64,000 nt of DNA from the NCBI GenBank assembly GCA_002269645.1, contig NIVC01003228.1:1-64000 (forward strand), read 5' to 3'. Every line of letters starts with the position of its first letter. Within the stretch, counting starts at the first letter, position 1. This document shows positions 21,654-33,492 of the stretch, in pieces. The notes beneath the pieces are model-generated. The model searched no databases. It worked only from the letters and a program-made list of their open reading frames with translations, and was not told the DNA's origin. This DNA comes from Macrostomum lignano. Lineage: Eukaryota. Position numbers and translations under genes: made by a program.

Positions 21654-24600
21654 TCACACTCTGCCAAAAAAAGTTTGCCGACGGCTGTTGCGACTTACAA
21701 ACTCGCGAACAGCTTGTGCGAGGTTCAGATTGTCAGTACGATTCTTATGCACATTAAGTAACATGAAGCTGTTGTATGTTTTGGCAGTCATAGTACTTCG
21801 CAAGTAATTCTTGATCCGTCGTTGGGCTGAAAATGACCTTTCTGCAGTGGCAGATGTCATTGGCACTACCAAGTAGACGTGCAGCATTGCAAGTACATCT
21901 CGAAAGAGCGGCTGGTGAATCTGTTCTCTTGTAAATATGTCATGCAGAGTTGTCAACCTTGAAATGAGCTTTACTTCAGGTGAACAACGCTTGACAAATC
22001 CATGCAGCAAACATAGCTGTGCTTGAAGATTGTCAGCATTCCAATCCACAGGATGGTACGCCATCAGTGATGCTGGAATAGAATTAGGTGCTGCTCCATT
22101 GGCCGCGTGAATAAGAAGCTTCTCCATGTCTTTAAGCACATTATATGCTTCCTGGTCAAATCTACTGTCTAGTTCGCGAACTAAAGCATCAATAGCGGTA
22201 TAATAATGCTGCCTGTAGTATTCTTTTACAGAGTTAGATTGATGCTGAAACGGATGCATTTTACTGCCTTCATGTTCGAGTCGTATTGGAGCCCTTCGTT
22301 CTCTTGGTAGCTTTTGTTCAATGCCGACTGCCTCTGCACCCTCGACTACTTCCTGAAACCGCTCTGAAAACATGCTTCGCTCACGCAAAAGTGCCTCTTT
22401 GAGGCAGTTTACTCCGGTGATAGTGGACTCTGCTGTGACACTAGTGCTTTGAAGAGTAATAGCCAGCTGCTCTGATAATGTAAAAATCACTCGCGCTGCG
22501 CAAATTCCAAAATAAACAGAGAACTTCATAAGGGATTTTTTCAGATCTTCTGCCTTTGATCGATTCTCTCCAGATGACTCACCAGCGATTTCGGCCAAGC
22601 AGTTAAGCAAGTGCTTGTAGCTGTGCAATACAGACGAAATTGCCTTACAACGAACACTCCATCGCGTTGGGCAGAGCATGTGAATACTGTAGCCCTGCTC
22701 TTCCTCAATAAAAAACGACTCATTCAAGGTATGAAATAGGTCAAAGCGCTTTGGAGAGGCTTTGATGAAGACAGCAGTCTCTTGTACAGTACTTAACGCG
22801 GTACTGATGACACTTGATTCTCGAGCGCACCTTTGAAGGGTCAGCTGCAGACAGTGGTTGGCACAATGAACACTCAATGCTAGTGGTTGTTCTTCTTTAA
22901 TGCGAGTTGCCGTGCCTGTCAGTCTACCACTCATACTTGCAGCACCATCATATGCTTGACCTCTTAGGTTGCTAAGCTTCAAGTTACAACGTGTTAGAAT
23001 GTCTTTTAAGGTTGAAGTAATAATTTCAGCTCCAGTTCCGCATAGTTCATGCATGCCAATGAAGTCTTCGTGCACTTGTAAATCTGGCTTTGAAACCCAC
23101 CGAATGCACACTGACATTTGTTCCTTGCAGCTTACGTCACGTGATTCATCAGCAATCAATGCGAATGTCGTTGACTTCTCACTAATGTCAAGTAACAAAC
23201 TTCGGAGAACCTGATGTGCCATGATTTCCATCATCTCTCCAATCACATCAACACTCAAGTACTTGGAATCCTTTAGCCAAGATTGCAGTTCAGGCACATC
23301 TTCAGACCTTAAAATAAGCAGCTGTCTAAGATTGCCTTCAATCTCCTTACTATTTCTTATTGCCATTCCTTGACGCATAAGATATCGCAACGAGCTAAAA
23401 ACCCGCTGCAGATTTTCCCGATTTTGTAATAGCTGTTGAGAATGAATAGCATCTAATTGTGCTCCTATTGTAGATTGTAATTTCAGTCGAGTGTACACCT
23501 TTTCGTAGGCTTCTTGGTGAAAATGACTGTTATTATGTTTCTTTAGCTTTTCAATTGCTTTCTTCCAGTCACAAAAGCCGCGAGAGGTGAATGTACTCTC
23601 TCCACAACTTCTTGATAGCTTCATGCCTGAGTTTACCGCAAAGCGACAATAAAAACAAAAAAGGGTGCCTTGAGATGAGCAGTATGTAAGCCAGTCAAAC
23701 TGCACAAACCATTGTAGTTGGCATGATCGACCTGCATTGCTGCTCCCACTCCCTCCTTGCTTGAAACCAGATATGGAATCAGGCCGATTTTGCAATGCAA
23801 TCTGGCAGCATCCGCAGTCTAACATTTCGCATGGATTAGATGTGCTAGTGCTAAGAATGGTATTTTTTGTTGCAGATACAACAGTCTCACCAACATCGGC
23901 ATTGGCAGCAGCGGCAGGGGCAGTAGGCTCTCTAGAGTCAGCATTGGCAGCGGCAGGGGCAGTAGAGTCAGCATTGGCAGCAGCGGCAGGGGCAGTAGAG
24001 TCAGCATTGGCAGCAGCGGCAGGGGCAGTAGAGTCAGCATTGGCAGCAGCGGCAGGGGCAGTAGAGTCAGCATTGGCAGCAGCGGCAGGGGCAGTAGAGT
24101 CAGCATTGGCAGCAGCGGCAGGGGCAGTAGAGTCAGCATTGGCAGCAGCGGCAGGGGCAGTAGAGTCAGCATTGGCAGCAGCGGCAGGGGCAGTAGAGTC
24201 AGCATTGGCAGCAGCGGCAGGGGCAGTAGAGTCAGCATTGGCAGCAGCGGCAGGGGCAGTAGTGTCAGCATTGGCAGCAGCGGCAGGGGCAGTAGAGTCA
24301 GCATTGGCAGCAGCGGCAGGGGCAGTAGAGTCAGCATTGGCAGCAGCGGCAGGGGCAGTAGAGTCAGCATTGGCAGCAGCGGCAGGGGCAGTAGAGTCAG
24401 CATTGGCAGCAGCGGCAGGGGCAGTAGAGTCAGCATTGGCAGCAGCGGCAGGGGCAGTAGAGTCAGCATTGGCAGCAGCGGCAGGGGCAGTAGAGTCAGC
24501 ATTGGCAGCAGCGGCAGGGGCAGTAGAGTCAGCATTGGCAGCAGCGGCAGGGGCAGTAGAGTCAGCATTGGCAGCAGCGGCAGGGGCAGTAGAGTCAGCA

Positions 24601-25035
24601 TTGGCAGCAGCGGCAGGGGCAGTAGAGTCAGCATTGGCAGCAGCGGCAGGGGCAGTAAGCTCTCTCGAGTCAGCATTGGCAGCAGCGGCAGGGGCAGTAA
24701 GCTCTCTCGAGTCAGCATTGGCAGCAGCGGCAGGGGCAGTAAGCTCTCTCGAGTCAGCATTGGCAGCAGCGGCAGGGGCAGTAAGCTCTCTCGAGTCAGC
24801 TTTAGTAGCAGCAGCTGTGCCAGATGGAGCATTCGAGTTAGCTTCAATAGGAGAAACAAGCCTAAAAAACAGCAATTAACAAGCAGCATACGAGCGTACA
24901 GCTTAATATCAACACAGTATCATATCTTCATACATTTAGATTACGTACTTACCAGTTAGTCATTTTCCTTGACTTTTTGGCTGCCTGTTTCATATCCTCT
25001 TCATGTTGTTTCTTTCTCCTTTTAGCCGTTGGCAT
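21654..25035 (-). CDS. hAT transposase (ZMYM1-like: TTF-type Zn finger, DUF4371-type core, hAT C-terminal dimerisation domain), ~1096 aa, 2 exons
   Basis: Exon 1 is 25035-24953 (MPTAKRRKK..., NLS-like), followed by a 91-nt GT-AG intron and exon 2 at 24861-21654; phases match. Motifs: WFVQFDWL..FCFYC, ADESRD, AYDGAASM, HCANH (CxxH), TRW, TAERSFS..RRIKNYLRSTM. Confidence 0.93.
23890..24800. repeat. 33/42-bp in-frame minisatellite inside the transposase
   Basis: Encodes roughly 26 copies of ADSTAPAAAAN / ADSRELTAPAAAAN. Confidence 0.95.
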
Positions 25036-26273
25036 TTTATTTTAGATTGTATTTTTCTGAAACTGATAGGTCTGTACGGCTCTGAATTTTCCCTGAAGGC
25101 TCTGAAGCCAAGCTTTTAAGCCCAGCCCAATACCAGGTGTAGTGATTCGTATAGTATTTTTTATTTAAAAGCTTTAAACACTGTCTGTCTTTCTCAGATC
25201 CCAGTAAAGTTGCTTATTTACCCACTGTCTTATTATTTCGTCCTCAGTGGACTCCCCACATTCCCCGCTCTCCACTGACCACTGGCAAGATTCATGAATG
25301 TACTGTCTATGTACATCTACGTGGGGCCCTTGCCGGTCCACTGTAGGGGGCAGGGTCAGAATCTCTGGAGTGGAGAGGGGGCAGGACAGGAAAGGAAAAC
25401 TTGAGTGCAGTCCAGTCAAGATTTAGCAATAAACAAGAGACAGAAAGGAAGGATAAGGAGTAGCGGACACTAAGCACTGTACATTCAAATCAAAGTGAAT
25501 GGTTTAACTTTAATGGATTTGGGGGTCTTGGCCCTACTTGGGTTGTGCTTATTGGGGGCAACTAAGGTCCTAGGACACAGGGCACTTAGAAAATTTACCG
25601 GGGCACTTTAAAATTTTAAAAGGGCACTTTTAAGGGTCTTTCAAAAAGTGGGGGGGCTCCAGCCCCCCCGTGCCCCCCCGGTTCCGACACCCCTGATACT
25701 AAGCGTCACAACAAATCTGTTTAGATACTAAACGCCTAAACTACTAAACTAAATTGATTGTTTCATTAATCATTAGTACGCAGACTACGCAGTATTGAGA
25801 TATAGACTCGATATTCCCGAAAGCAAAAACTTAAACCTAACCACGATAATATTGAAAGCGATAAAACAAGTTAGTTGTCTTTAACAAGCACTTTGCGCAA
25901 AAATACAGTCGTGTTTGATTGATTTCCCAATTATACTCAATTTAACTGACACAGTAAATATAAAGAATCAATTCAATTAAAAATTAAAAACGCAGTAAAC
26001 TGGAAATTGTGTTTGAGTTTTTACTTGATGATGGCCAGAGCACTGAAATTTTCTACTCAAACACGAGCCAAAAAATCCATGGAAAACGAATGTACTAAAA
26101 AAACTGAAAAATATAGACCTTAAGGCACTAACTGAAGATAAACTTTCCCAAAGCTTTAATAAAAAGAGAAATACCTAGTGCAAAGGCACCTGAAGATACA
26201 CAGAGAAATAGAACTTAGCCAAAAGCTAGAGAATCAGCAACATATTAAATTCTACACAAACGCCTATCTCTAT

Positions 26274-26580
26274 AAAAAAATCCGCAGGCCCGACCTTTCA
26301 GATTACTTTCCAGGCATATTTTGCAGTGGTTTGCGGTATTTTGCGATAGCTTTAATAGGATCGCTGTCTGTACGCTCAGAGGGCGCCTGAGGGATACCGT
26401 CAGAGCACCTTGGTACAGGTATAGGCCTGCCTTCCTATACAGCGACCCACAGCCCTTCCCGATCCACTATTACCCTCCAACCCAGCCTACTCACTCATTA
26501 CAAGCTTTCAGCCAGGCAGAGACAAGTTTCACAGGCGTACTGCGGTTAGGCGTCTCTATGCGAGACAAAACCGACACGGC
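26274..26580 (-). ncRNA. Candidate ~300-nt structured RNA of unknown family placed behind the SL-RNA promoter
   Basis: Starts exactly one array period (1152 bp) from the SL +1. Shares the SL upstream region and first 9 nt (GCCGTGTCG), then diverges. Several clean stems, GC-richer than the left flank, ends in T7. Family not recognised. Confidence 0.4.
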
Positions 26581-27139
26581 AATGAGACGAGCTGGAACCC
26601 GCTCTCACTCAGTGCACAGCTCTCCGTTGGAGCCTCCAGCCCTAGGGCAAATTATTTTGTTGAACTTTATCTACTCCAAGTAAGTTTTGCCGACTAGTGC
26701 AGCACTATTTTGCACTACAGCTTGAAAAGAGCTGCGCGAAAAAGTCTTTCTTTCTTTTAGCCGACATGTTTAGAAAGTGTGCACACAAAGGCGCCGCCTA
26801 ATTGATTGATTGATTGATTGCTATAAATCAAGTAAAATTCCCATGTGAGAGATGGAGATACTCGTAAAACTATTAATACACAGTACATATAACATAGCGT
26901 TACCGCGTGCAAATGCAAAGTGCGCATAGAAAATAATGAAACGCGAATCGAATCCCTTGCTTGACTTGATAGAGTCGAGTGGAGTGGAACTCGAAAGGAA
27001 TCAGCAGACCTATGGTAAAAATTCAAGCAGCATCCAGTTGGCGGGCGCGGGCGGATTGGTGGGCCTGGGCCTAAGTATTAATGCATGCAGCAGCTGGAGT
27101 TAGTTGATGAGCGCGCGGCATGCAGTTAAAGAGGCAAAA

Positions 27140-27259
27140 AAGACAACAGCATTTGGTATTCCCAGGCGGTCACCCATCCAAGTACTAATCAAACCCAACG
27201 TTGCTTAACTTCGGTGATCAGACGAGAACCGGTGTTTTCAACGTGGTATGGCCGTTGCC
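27140..27259 (-). rRNA. 5S: 5S rRNA, copy 1
   Basis: GGCAACGGCCATACCACGTTGAAAACACCGGTTCTCGTCTGATCACCGAAGTTAAGC...TAGTACTTGGATGGGTGACCGCCTGGGAATAC...; 120 nt, A and C boxes, T6 terminator. Confidence 0.98.
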
Positions 27260-27615
27260 ACTGGCTGATAGGAGCTGAGCTCATAATTAACCTGAACCTG
27301 CAGCTACATGTATACGGACCATACGGTACGGATCAACTGTGGGCCTCTCGTCTATACTCCAATTAATATATAATTCATTGTTGGCGCCATCAACAAAGTT
27401 GTACATGTACATATGCACATCCGCATGCATAGAGCGATCTAAGAAATTACATTTGATTATTGCAACTCGAAGAGATAGCCTGCACTGTACACCGCGATGC
27501 ATATGCGCGCTATATGATGCTACATATGCTATGGTGCAACAACTAATTTTACAACTTAAATCCAGAATTACAATTAACCAACTATAATTAGTTAATGTTG
27601 TCTTTGGCTTTGTTA

Positions 27616-27732
27616 GGCAGCCGCGGTAGCGCGGCTTGTCAAAAATTATTGAGTAGATCGCTCAATTGGATCCACGCGGTGTCTTACCATGCAAAATTAA
27701 GAGTCTTCGCAGTAAGAGACCGTCGACACGGC
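27616..27732 (-). ncRNA. Spliced-leader (SL) RNA, copy 1
   Basis: 45-nt leader GCCGTGTCGACGGTCTCTTACTGCGAAGACTCTTAATTTTGCATG ends in ATG (typical of flatworm SLs). It is followed by donor GTAAGAC paired in a stem, a second stem TGGATC/GATCTA, Sm site AATTTTTG and a 3' hairpin GCCGCG-CTAC-CGCGGC. The 3' end is approximate. Confidence 0.92.
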
Positions 27733-28291
27733 AAAGAGACGAGCTGGAACCCGCTCTCACTCAGTGCACAGCTCTCCGTTGGAGCCTCGAGCCCTAGGGC
27801 AAATTATTTTGTTGAACTTTATCTACTCCAAGTAAGTTTTGCCGACTAGTGCAGCACTATTTTGCACTACAGCTTGAAAAGAGCTGCGCGAAAAAGTCTT
27901 TCTTTCTTTTAGCCGACATGTTTAGAAAGTGTGCACACAAAGGCGCCGCCTAATTGATTGATTGATTGATTGCTATAAATCAAGTAAAATTCCCATGTGA
28001 GAGATGGAGATACTCGTAAAACTATTAATACACAGTACATATAACATAGCGTTACCGCGTGCAAATGCAAAGTGCGCATAGAAAATAATGAAACGCGAAT
28101 CGAATCCCTTGCTTGACTTGATAGAGTCGAGTGGAGTGGAACTCGAAAGGAATCAGCAGACCTATGGTAAAAATTCAAGCAGCATCCAGTTGGCGGGCGC
28201 GGGCGGATTGGTGGGCCTGGGCCTAAGTATTAATGCATGCAGCAGCTGGAGTTAGTTGATGAGCGCGCGGCATGCAGTTAAAGAGGCAAAA

Positions 28292-28411
28292 AAGACAACA
28301 GCATTTGGTATTCCCAGGCGGTCACCCATCCAAGTACTAATCAAACCCAACGTTGCTTAACTTCGGTGATCAGACGAGAACCGGTGTTTTCAACGTGGTA
28401 TGGCCGTTGCC
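28292..28411 (-). rRNA. 5S: 5S rRNA, copy 2
   Basis: Same as copy 1. Confidence 0.98.
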
Positions 28412-28767
28412 ACTGGTTGATAGGAGCTGAGCTCATAATTAACCTGAACCTGCAGCTACATGTATACGGACCATACGGTACGGATCAACTGTGGGCCTCT
28501 CGTCTATACTCCAATTAATATATAATTCATTGTTGGCGCCATCAACAAAGTTGTACATGTACATATGCACATCCGCATGCATAGAGCGATCTAAGAAATT
28601 ACATTTGATTATTGCAACTCGAAGAGATAGCCTGCACTGTACACCGCGATGCATATGCGCGCTATATGATGCTATATATGCTATGGTGCAACAACTAATT
28701 TTACAACTTAAATCCAGAATTACAATTAACCAACTATAATTAGTTAATGTTGTCTTTGGCTTTGTTA

Positions 28768-28884
28768 GGCAGCCGCGGTAGCGCGGCTTGTCACAAATTA
28801 TTGAGTAGATCGCTCAATTGGATCCACGCGGTGTCTTACCATGCAAAATTAAGAGTCTTCGCAGTAAGAGACCGTCGACACGGC
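28768..28884 (-). ncRNA. SL RNA, copy 2 (Sm-site variant AATTTGTG)
   Basis: As copy 1 except an a>c change at 28794. Confidence 0.9.
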
Positions 28885-29443
28885 AAAGAGACGAGCTGGA
28901 ACCCGCTCTCACTCAGTGCACAGCTCTCCGTTGGAGCCTCGAGCCCTAGGGCAAATTATTTTGTTGAACTTTATCTACTCCAAGTAAGTTTTGCCGACTA
29001 GTGCAGCACTATTTTGCACTACAGCTTGAAAAGAGCTGCGCGAAAAAGTCTTTCTTTCTTTTAGCCGACATGTTTAGAAAGTGTGCACACAAAGGCGCCG
29101 CCTAATTGATTGATTGATTGATTGCTATAAATCAAGTAAAATTCCCATGTGAGAGATGGAGATACTCGTAAAACTATTAATACACAGTACATATAACATA
29201 GCGTTACCGCGTGCAAATGCAAAGTGCGCATAGAAAATAATGAAACGCGAATCGAATCCCTTGCTTGACTTGATAGAGTCGAGTGGAGTGGAACTCGAAA
29301 GGAATCAGCAGACCTATGGTAAAAATTCAAGCAGCATCCAGTTGGCGGGCGCGGGCGGATTGGTGGGCCTGGGCCTAAGTATTAATGCATGCAGCAGCTG
29401 GAGTTAGTTGATGAGCGCGCGGCATGCAGTTAAAGAGGCAAAA

Positions 29444-29563
29444 AAGACAACAGCATTTGGTATTCCCAGGCGGTCACCCATCCAAGTACTAATCAAACCC
29501 AACGTTGCTTAACTTCGGTGATCAGACGAGAACCGGTGTTTTCAACGTGGTATGGCCGTTGCC
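29444..29563 (-). rRNA. 5S: 5S rRNA, copy 3
   Basis: Same as copy 1. Confidence 0.98.
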
Positions 29564-29919
29564 ACTGGCTGATAGGAGCTGAGCTCATAATTAACCTGAA
29601 CCTGCAGCTACATGTATACGGACCATACGGTACGGATCAACTGTGGGCCTCTCGTCTATACTCCAATTAATATATAATTCATTGTTGGCGCCATCAACAA
29701 AGTTGTACATGTACATATGCACATCCGCATGCATAGAGCGATCTAAGAAATTACATTTGATTATTGCAACTCGAAGAGATAGCCTGCACTGTACACCGCG
29801 ATGCATATGCGCGCTATATGATGCTATATATGCTATGGTGCAACAACTAATTTTACAACTTAAATCCAGAATTACAATTAACCAACTATAATTAGTTAAT
29901 GTTGTCTTTGGCTTTGTTA

Positions 29920-30036
29920 GGCAGCCGCGGTAGCGCGGCTTGTCAAAAATTATTGAGTAGATCGCTCAATTGGATCCACGCGGTGTCTTACCATGCAAAA
30001 TTAAGAGTCTTCGCAGTAAGAGACCGTCGACACGGC
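29920..30036 (-). ncRNA. SL RNA, copy 3
   Basis: Same as copy 1. Confidence 0.92.
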
Positions 30037-30595
30037 AAAGAGACGAGCTGGAACCCGCTCTCACTCAGTGCACAGCTCTCCGTTGGAGCCTCGAGCCCTA
30101 GGGCAAATTATTTTGTTGAACTTTATCTACTCCAAGTAAGTTTTGCCGACTAGTGCAGCACTATTTTGCACTACAGCTTGAAAAGAGCTGCGCGAAAAAG
30201 TCTTTCTTTCTTTTAGCCGACATGTTTAGAAAGTGTGCACACAAAGGCGCCGCCTAATTGATTGATTGATTGATTGCTATAAATCAAGTAAAATTCCCAT
30301 GTGAGAGATGGAGATACTCGTAAAACTATTAATACACAGTACATATAACATAGCGTTACCGCGTGCAAATGCAAAGTGCGCATAGAAAATAATGAAACGC
30401 GAATCGAATCCCTTGCTTGACTTGATAGAGTCGAGTGGAGTGGAACTCGAAAGGAATCAGCAGACCTATGGTAAAAATTCAAGCAGCATCCAGTTGGCGG
30501 GCGCGGGCGGATTGGTGGGCCTGGGCCTAAGTATTAATGCATGCAGCAGCTGGAGTTAGTTGATGAGCGCGCGGCATGCAGTTAAAGAGGCAAAA

Positions 30596-30715
30596 AAGAC
30601 AACAGCATTTGGTATTCCCAGGCGGTCACCCATCCAAGTACTAATCAAACCCAACGTTGCTTAACTTCGGTGATCAGACGAGAACCGGTGTTTTCAACGT
30701 GGTATGGCCGTTGCC
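30596..30715 (-). rRNA. 5S: 5S rRNA, copy 4
   Basis: Same as copy 1. Confidence 0.98.
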
Positions 30716-31071
30716 ACTGGCTGATAGGAGCTGAGCTCATAATTAACCTGAACCTGCAGCTACATGTATACGGACCATACGGTACGGATCAACTGTGGGC
30801 CTCTCGTCTATACTCCAATTAATATATAATTCATTGTTGGCGCCATCAACAAAGTTGTACATGTACATATGCACATCCGCATGCATAGAGCGATCTAAGA
30901 AATTACATTTGATTATTGCAACTCGAAGAGATAGCCTGCACTGTACACCGCGATGCATATGCGCGCTATATGATGCTACATATGCTATGGTGCAACAACT
31001 AATTTTACAACTTAAATCCAGAATTACAATTAACCAACTATAATTAGTTAATGTTGTCTTTGGCTTTGTTA

Positions 31072-31188
31072 GGCAGCCGCGGTAGCGCGGCTTGTCAAAA
31101 ATTATTGAGTAGATCGCTCAATTGGATCCACGCGGTGTCTTACCATGCAAAATTAAGAGTCTTCGCAGTAAGAGACCGTCGACACGGC
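31072..31188 (-). ncRNA. SL RNA, copy 4
   Basis: Same as copy 1. Confidence 0.92.
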
Positions 31189-31747
31189 AAAGAGACGAGC
31201 TGGAACCCGCTCTCACTCAGTGCACAGCTCTCCGTTGGAGCCTCGAGCCCTAGGGCAAATTATTTTGTTGAACTTTATCTACTCCAAGTAAGTTTTGCCG
31301 ACTAGTGCAGCACTATTTTGCACTACAGCTTGAAAAGAGCTGCGCGAAAAAGTCTTTCTTTCTTTTAGCCGACATGTTTAGAAAGTGTGCACACAAAGGC
31401 GCCGCCTAATTGATTGATTGATTGATTGCTATAAATCAAGTAAAATTCCCATGTGAGAGATGGAGATACTCGTAAAACTATTAATACACAGTACATATAA
31501 CATAGCGTTACCGCGTGCAAATGCAAAGTGCGCATAGAAAATAATGAAACGCGAATCGAATCCCTTGCTTGACTTGATAGAGTCGAGTGGAGTGGAACTC
31601 GAAAGGAATCAGCAGACCTATGGTAAAAATTCAAGCAGCATCCAGTTGGCGGGCGCGGGCGGATTGGTGGGCCTGGGCCTAAGTATTAATGCATGCAGCA
31701 GCTGGAGTTAGTTGATGAGCGCGCGGCATGCAGTTAAAGAGGCAAAA

Positions 31748-31867
31748 AAGACAACAGCATTTGGTATTCCCAGGCGGTCACCCATCCAAGTACTAATCAA
31801 ACCCAACGTTGCTTAACTTCGGTGATCAGACGAGAACCGGTGTTTTCAACGTGGTATGGCCGTTGCC
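31748..31867 (-). rRNA. 5S: 5S rRNA, copy 5
   Basis: Same as copy 1. Confidence 0.98.
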
Positions 31868-32223
31868 ACTGGCTGATAGGAGCTGAGCTCATAATTAACC
31901 TGAACCTGCAGCTACATGTATACGGACCATACGGTACGGATCAACTGTGGGCCTCTCGTCTATACTCCAATTAATATATAATTCATTGTTGGCGCCATCA
32001 ACAAAGTTGTACATGTACATATGCACATCCGCATGCATAGAGCGATCTAAGAAATTACATTTGATTATTGCAACTCGAAGAGATAGCCTGCACTGTACAC
32101 CGCGATGCATATGCGCGCTATATGATGCTACATATGCTATGGTGCAACAACTAATTTTACAACTTAAATCCAGAATTACAATTAACCAACTATAATTAGT
32201 TAATGTTGTCTTTGGCTTTGTTA

Positions 32224-32340
32224 GGCAGCCGCGGTAGCGCGGCTTGTCAAAAATTATTGAGTAGATCGCTCAATTGGATCCACGCGGTGTCTTACCATGC
32301 AAAATTAAGAGTCTTCGCAGTAAGAGACCGTCGACACGGC
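32224..32340 (-). ncRNA. SL RNA, copy 5
   Basis: Same as copy 1. Confidence 0.92.
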
Positions 32341-32899
32341 AAAGAGACGAGCTGGAACCCGCTCTCACTCAGTGCACAGCTCTCCGTTGGAGCCTCGAGC
32401 CCTAGGGCAAATTATTTTGTTGAACTTTATCTACTCCAAGTAAGTTTTGCCGACTAGTGCAGCACTATTTTGCACTACAGCTTGAAAAGAGCTGCGCGAA
32501 AAAGTCTTTCTTTCTTTTAGCCGACATGTTTAGAAAGTGTGCACACAAAGGCGCCGCCTAATTGATTGATTGATTGATTGCTATAAATCAAGTAAAATTC
32601 CCATGTGAGAGATGGAGATACTCGTAAAACTATTAATACACAGTACATATAACATAGCGTTACCGCGTGCAAATGCAAAGTGCGCATAGAAAATAATGAA
32701 ACGCGAATCGAATCCCTTGCTTGACTTGATAGAGTCGAGTGGAGTGGAACTCGAAAGGAATCAGCAGACCTATGGTAAAAATTCAAGCAGCATCCAGTTG
32801 GCGGGCGCGGGCGGATTGGTGGGCCTGGGCCTAAGTATTAATGCATGCAGCAGCTGGAGTTAGTTGATGAGCGCGCGGCATGCAGTTAAAGAGGCAAAA

Positions 32900-33019
32900 A
32901 AGACAACAGCATTTGGTATTCCCAGGCGGTCACCCATCCAAGTACTAATCAAACCCAACGTTGCTTAACTTCGGTGATCAGACGAGAACCGGTGTTTTCA
33001 ACGTGGTATGGCCGTTGCC
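32900..33019 (-). rRNA. 5S: 5S rRNA, copy 6
   Basis: Same as copy 1. Confidence 0.98.
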
Positions 33020-33375
33020 ACTGGCTGATAGGAGCTGAGCTCATAATTAACCTGAACCTGCAGCTACATGTATACGGACCATACGGTACGGATCAACTGT
33101 GGGCCTCTCGTCTATACTCCAATTAATATATAATTCATTGTTGGCGCCATCAACAAAGTTGTACATGTACATATGCACATCCGCATGCATAGAGCGATCT
33201 AAGAAATTACATTTGATTATTGCAACTCGAAGAGATAGCCTGCACTGTACACCGCGATGCATATGCGCGCTATATGATGCTATATATGCTATGGTGCAAC
33301 AACTAATTTTACAACTTAAATCCAGAATTACAATTAACCAACTATAATTAGTTAATGTTGTCTTTGGCTTTGTTA

Positions 33376-33492
33376 GGCAGCCGCGGTAGCGCGGCTTGTC
33401 AAAAATTATTGAGTAGATCGCTCAATTGGATCCACGCGGTGTCTTACCATGCAAAATTAAGAGTCTTCGCAGTAAGAGACCGTCGACACGGC
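33376..33492 (-). ncRNA. SL RNA, copy 6
   Basis: Same as copy 1. Confidence 0.92.

Larger units (their letters stand above)
21076..25695 (-). mobile_element. Full-length hAT DNA transposon (4620 bp)
   Basis: Perfect 15-bp TIRs CAGGGGTGTCGGAAC (21076-21090) / GTTCCGACACCCCTG (25681-25695); perfect 8-bp TSD ATACTAAG (21068-21075, 25696-25703); encloses an intact transposase. Confidence 0.97.

Noticed and set aside
24862-24875. ORF-track start (TTG at 24875) for the hAT transposase
   Set aside because: It falls in the polypyrimidine/acceptor of a 91-nt intron; a phase-compatible ATG exon exists at 25035-24953
26544-26550. CCUAACC in the unknown 300-nt RNA as a telomerase template for TTAGGG
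   Set aside because: Only 7 nt (one repeat plus 1), partly sequestered in a predicted stem, and no recognisable pseudoknot, P6.1 or H/ACA; not excluded but unsupported
26676-26690. AAACTTACTTGG in the SL upstream region resembling the U1 snRNA 5' end
   Set aside because: No U1-70K loop, no proper U1A loop and no downstream Sm site; it lies in the SL promoter region
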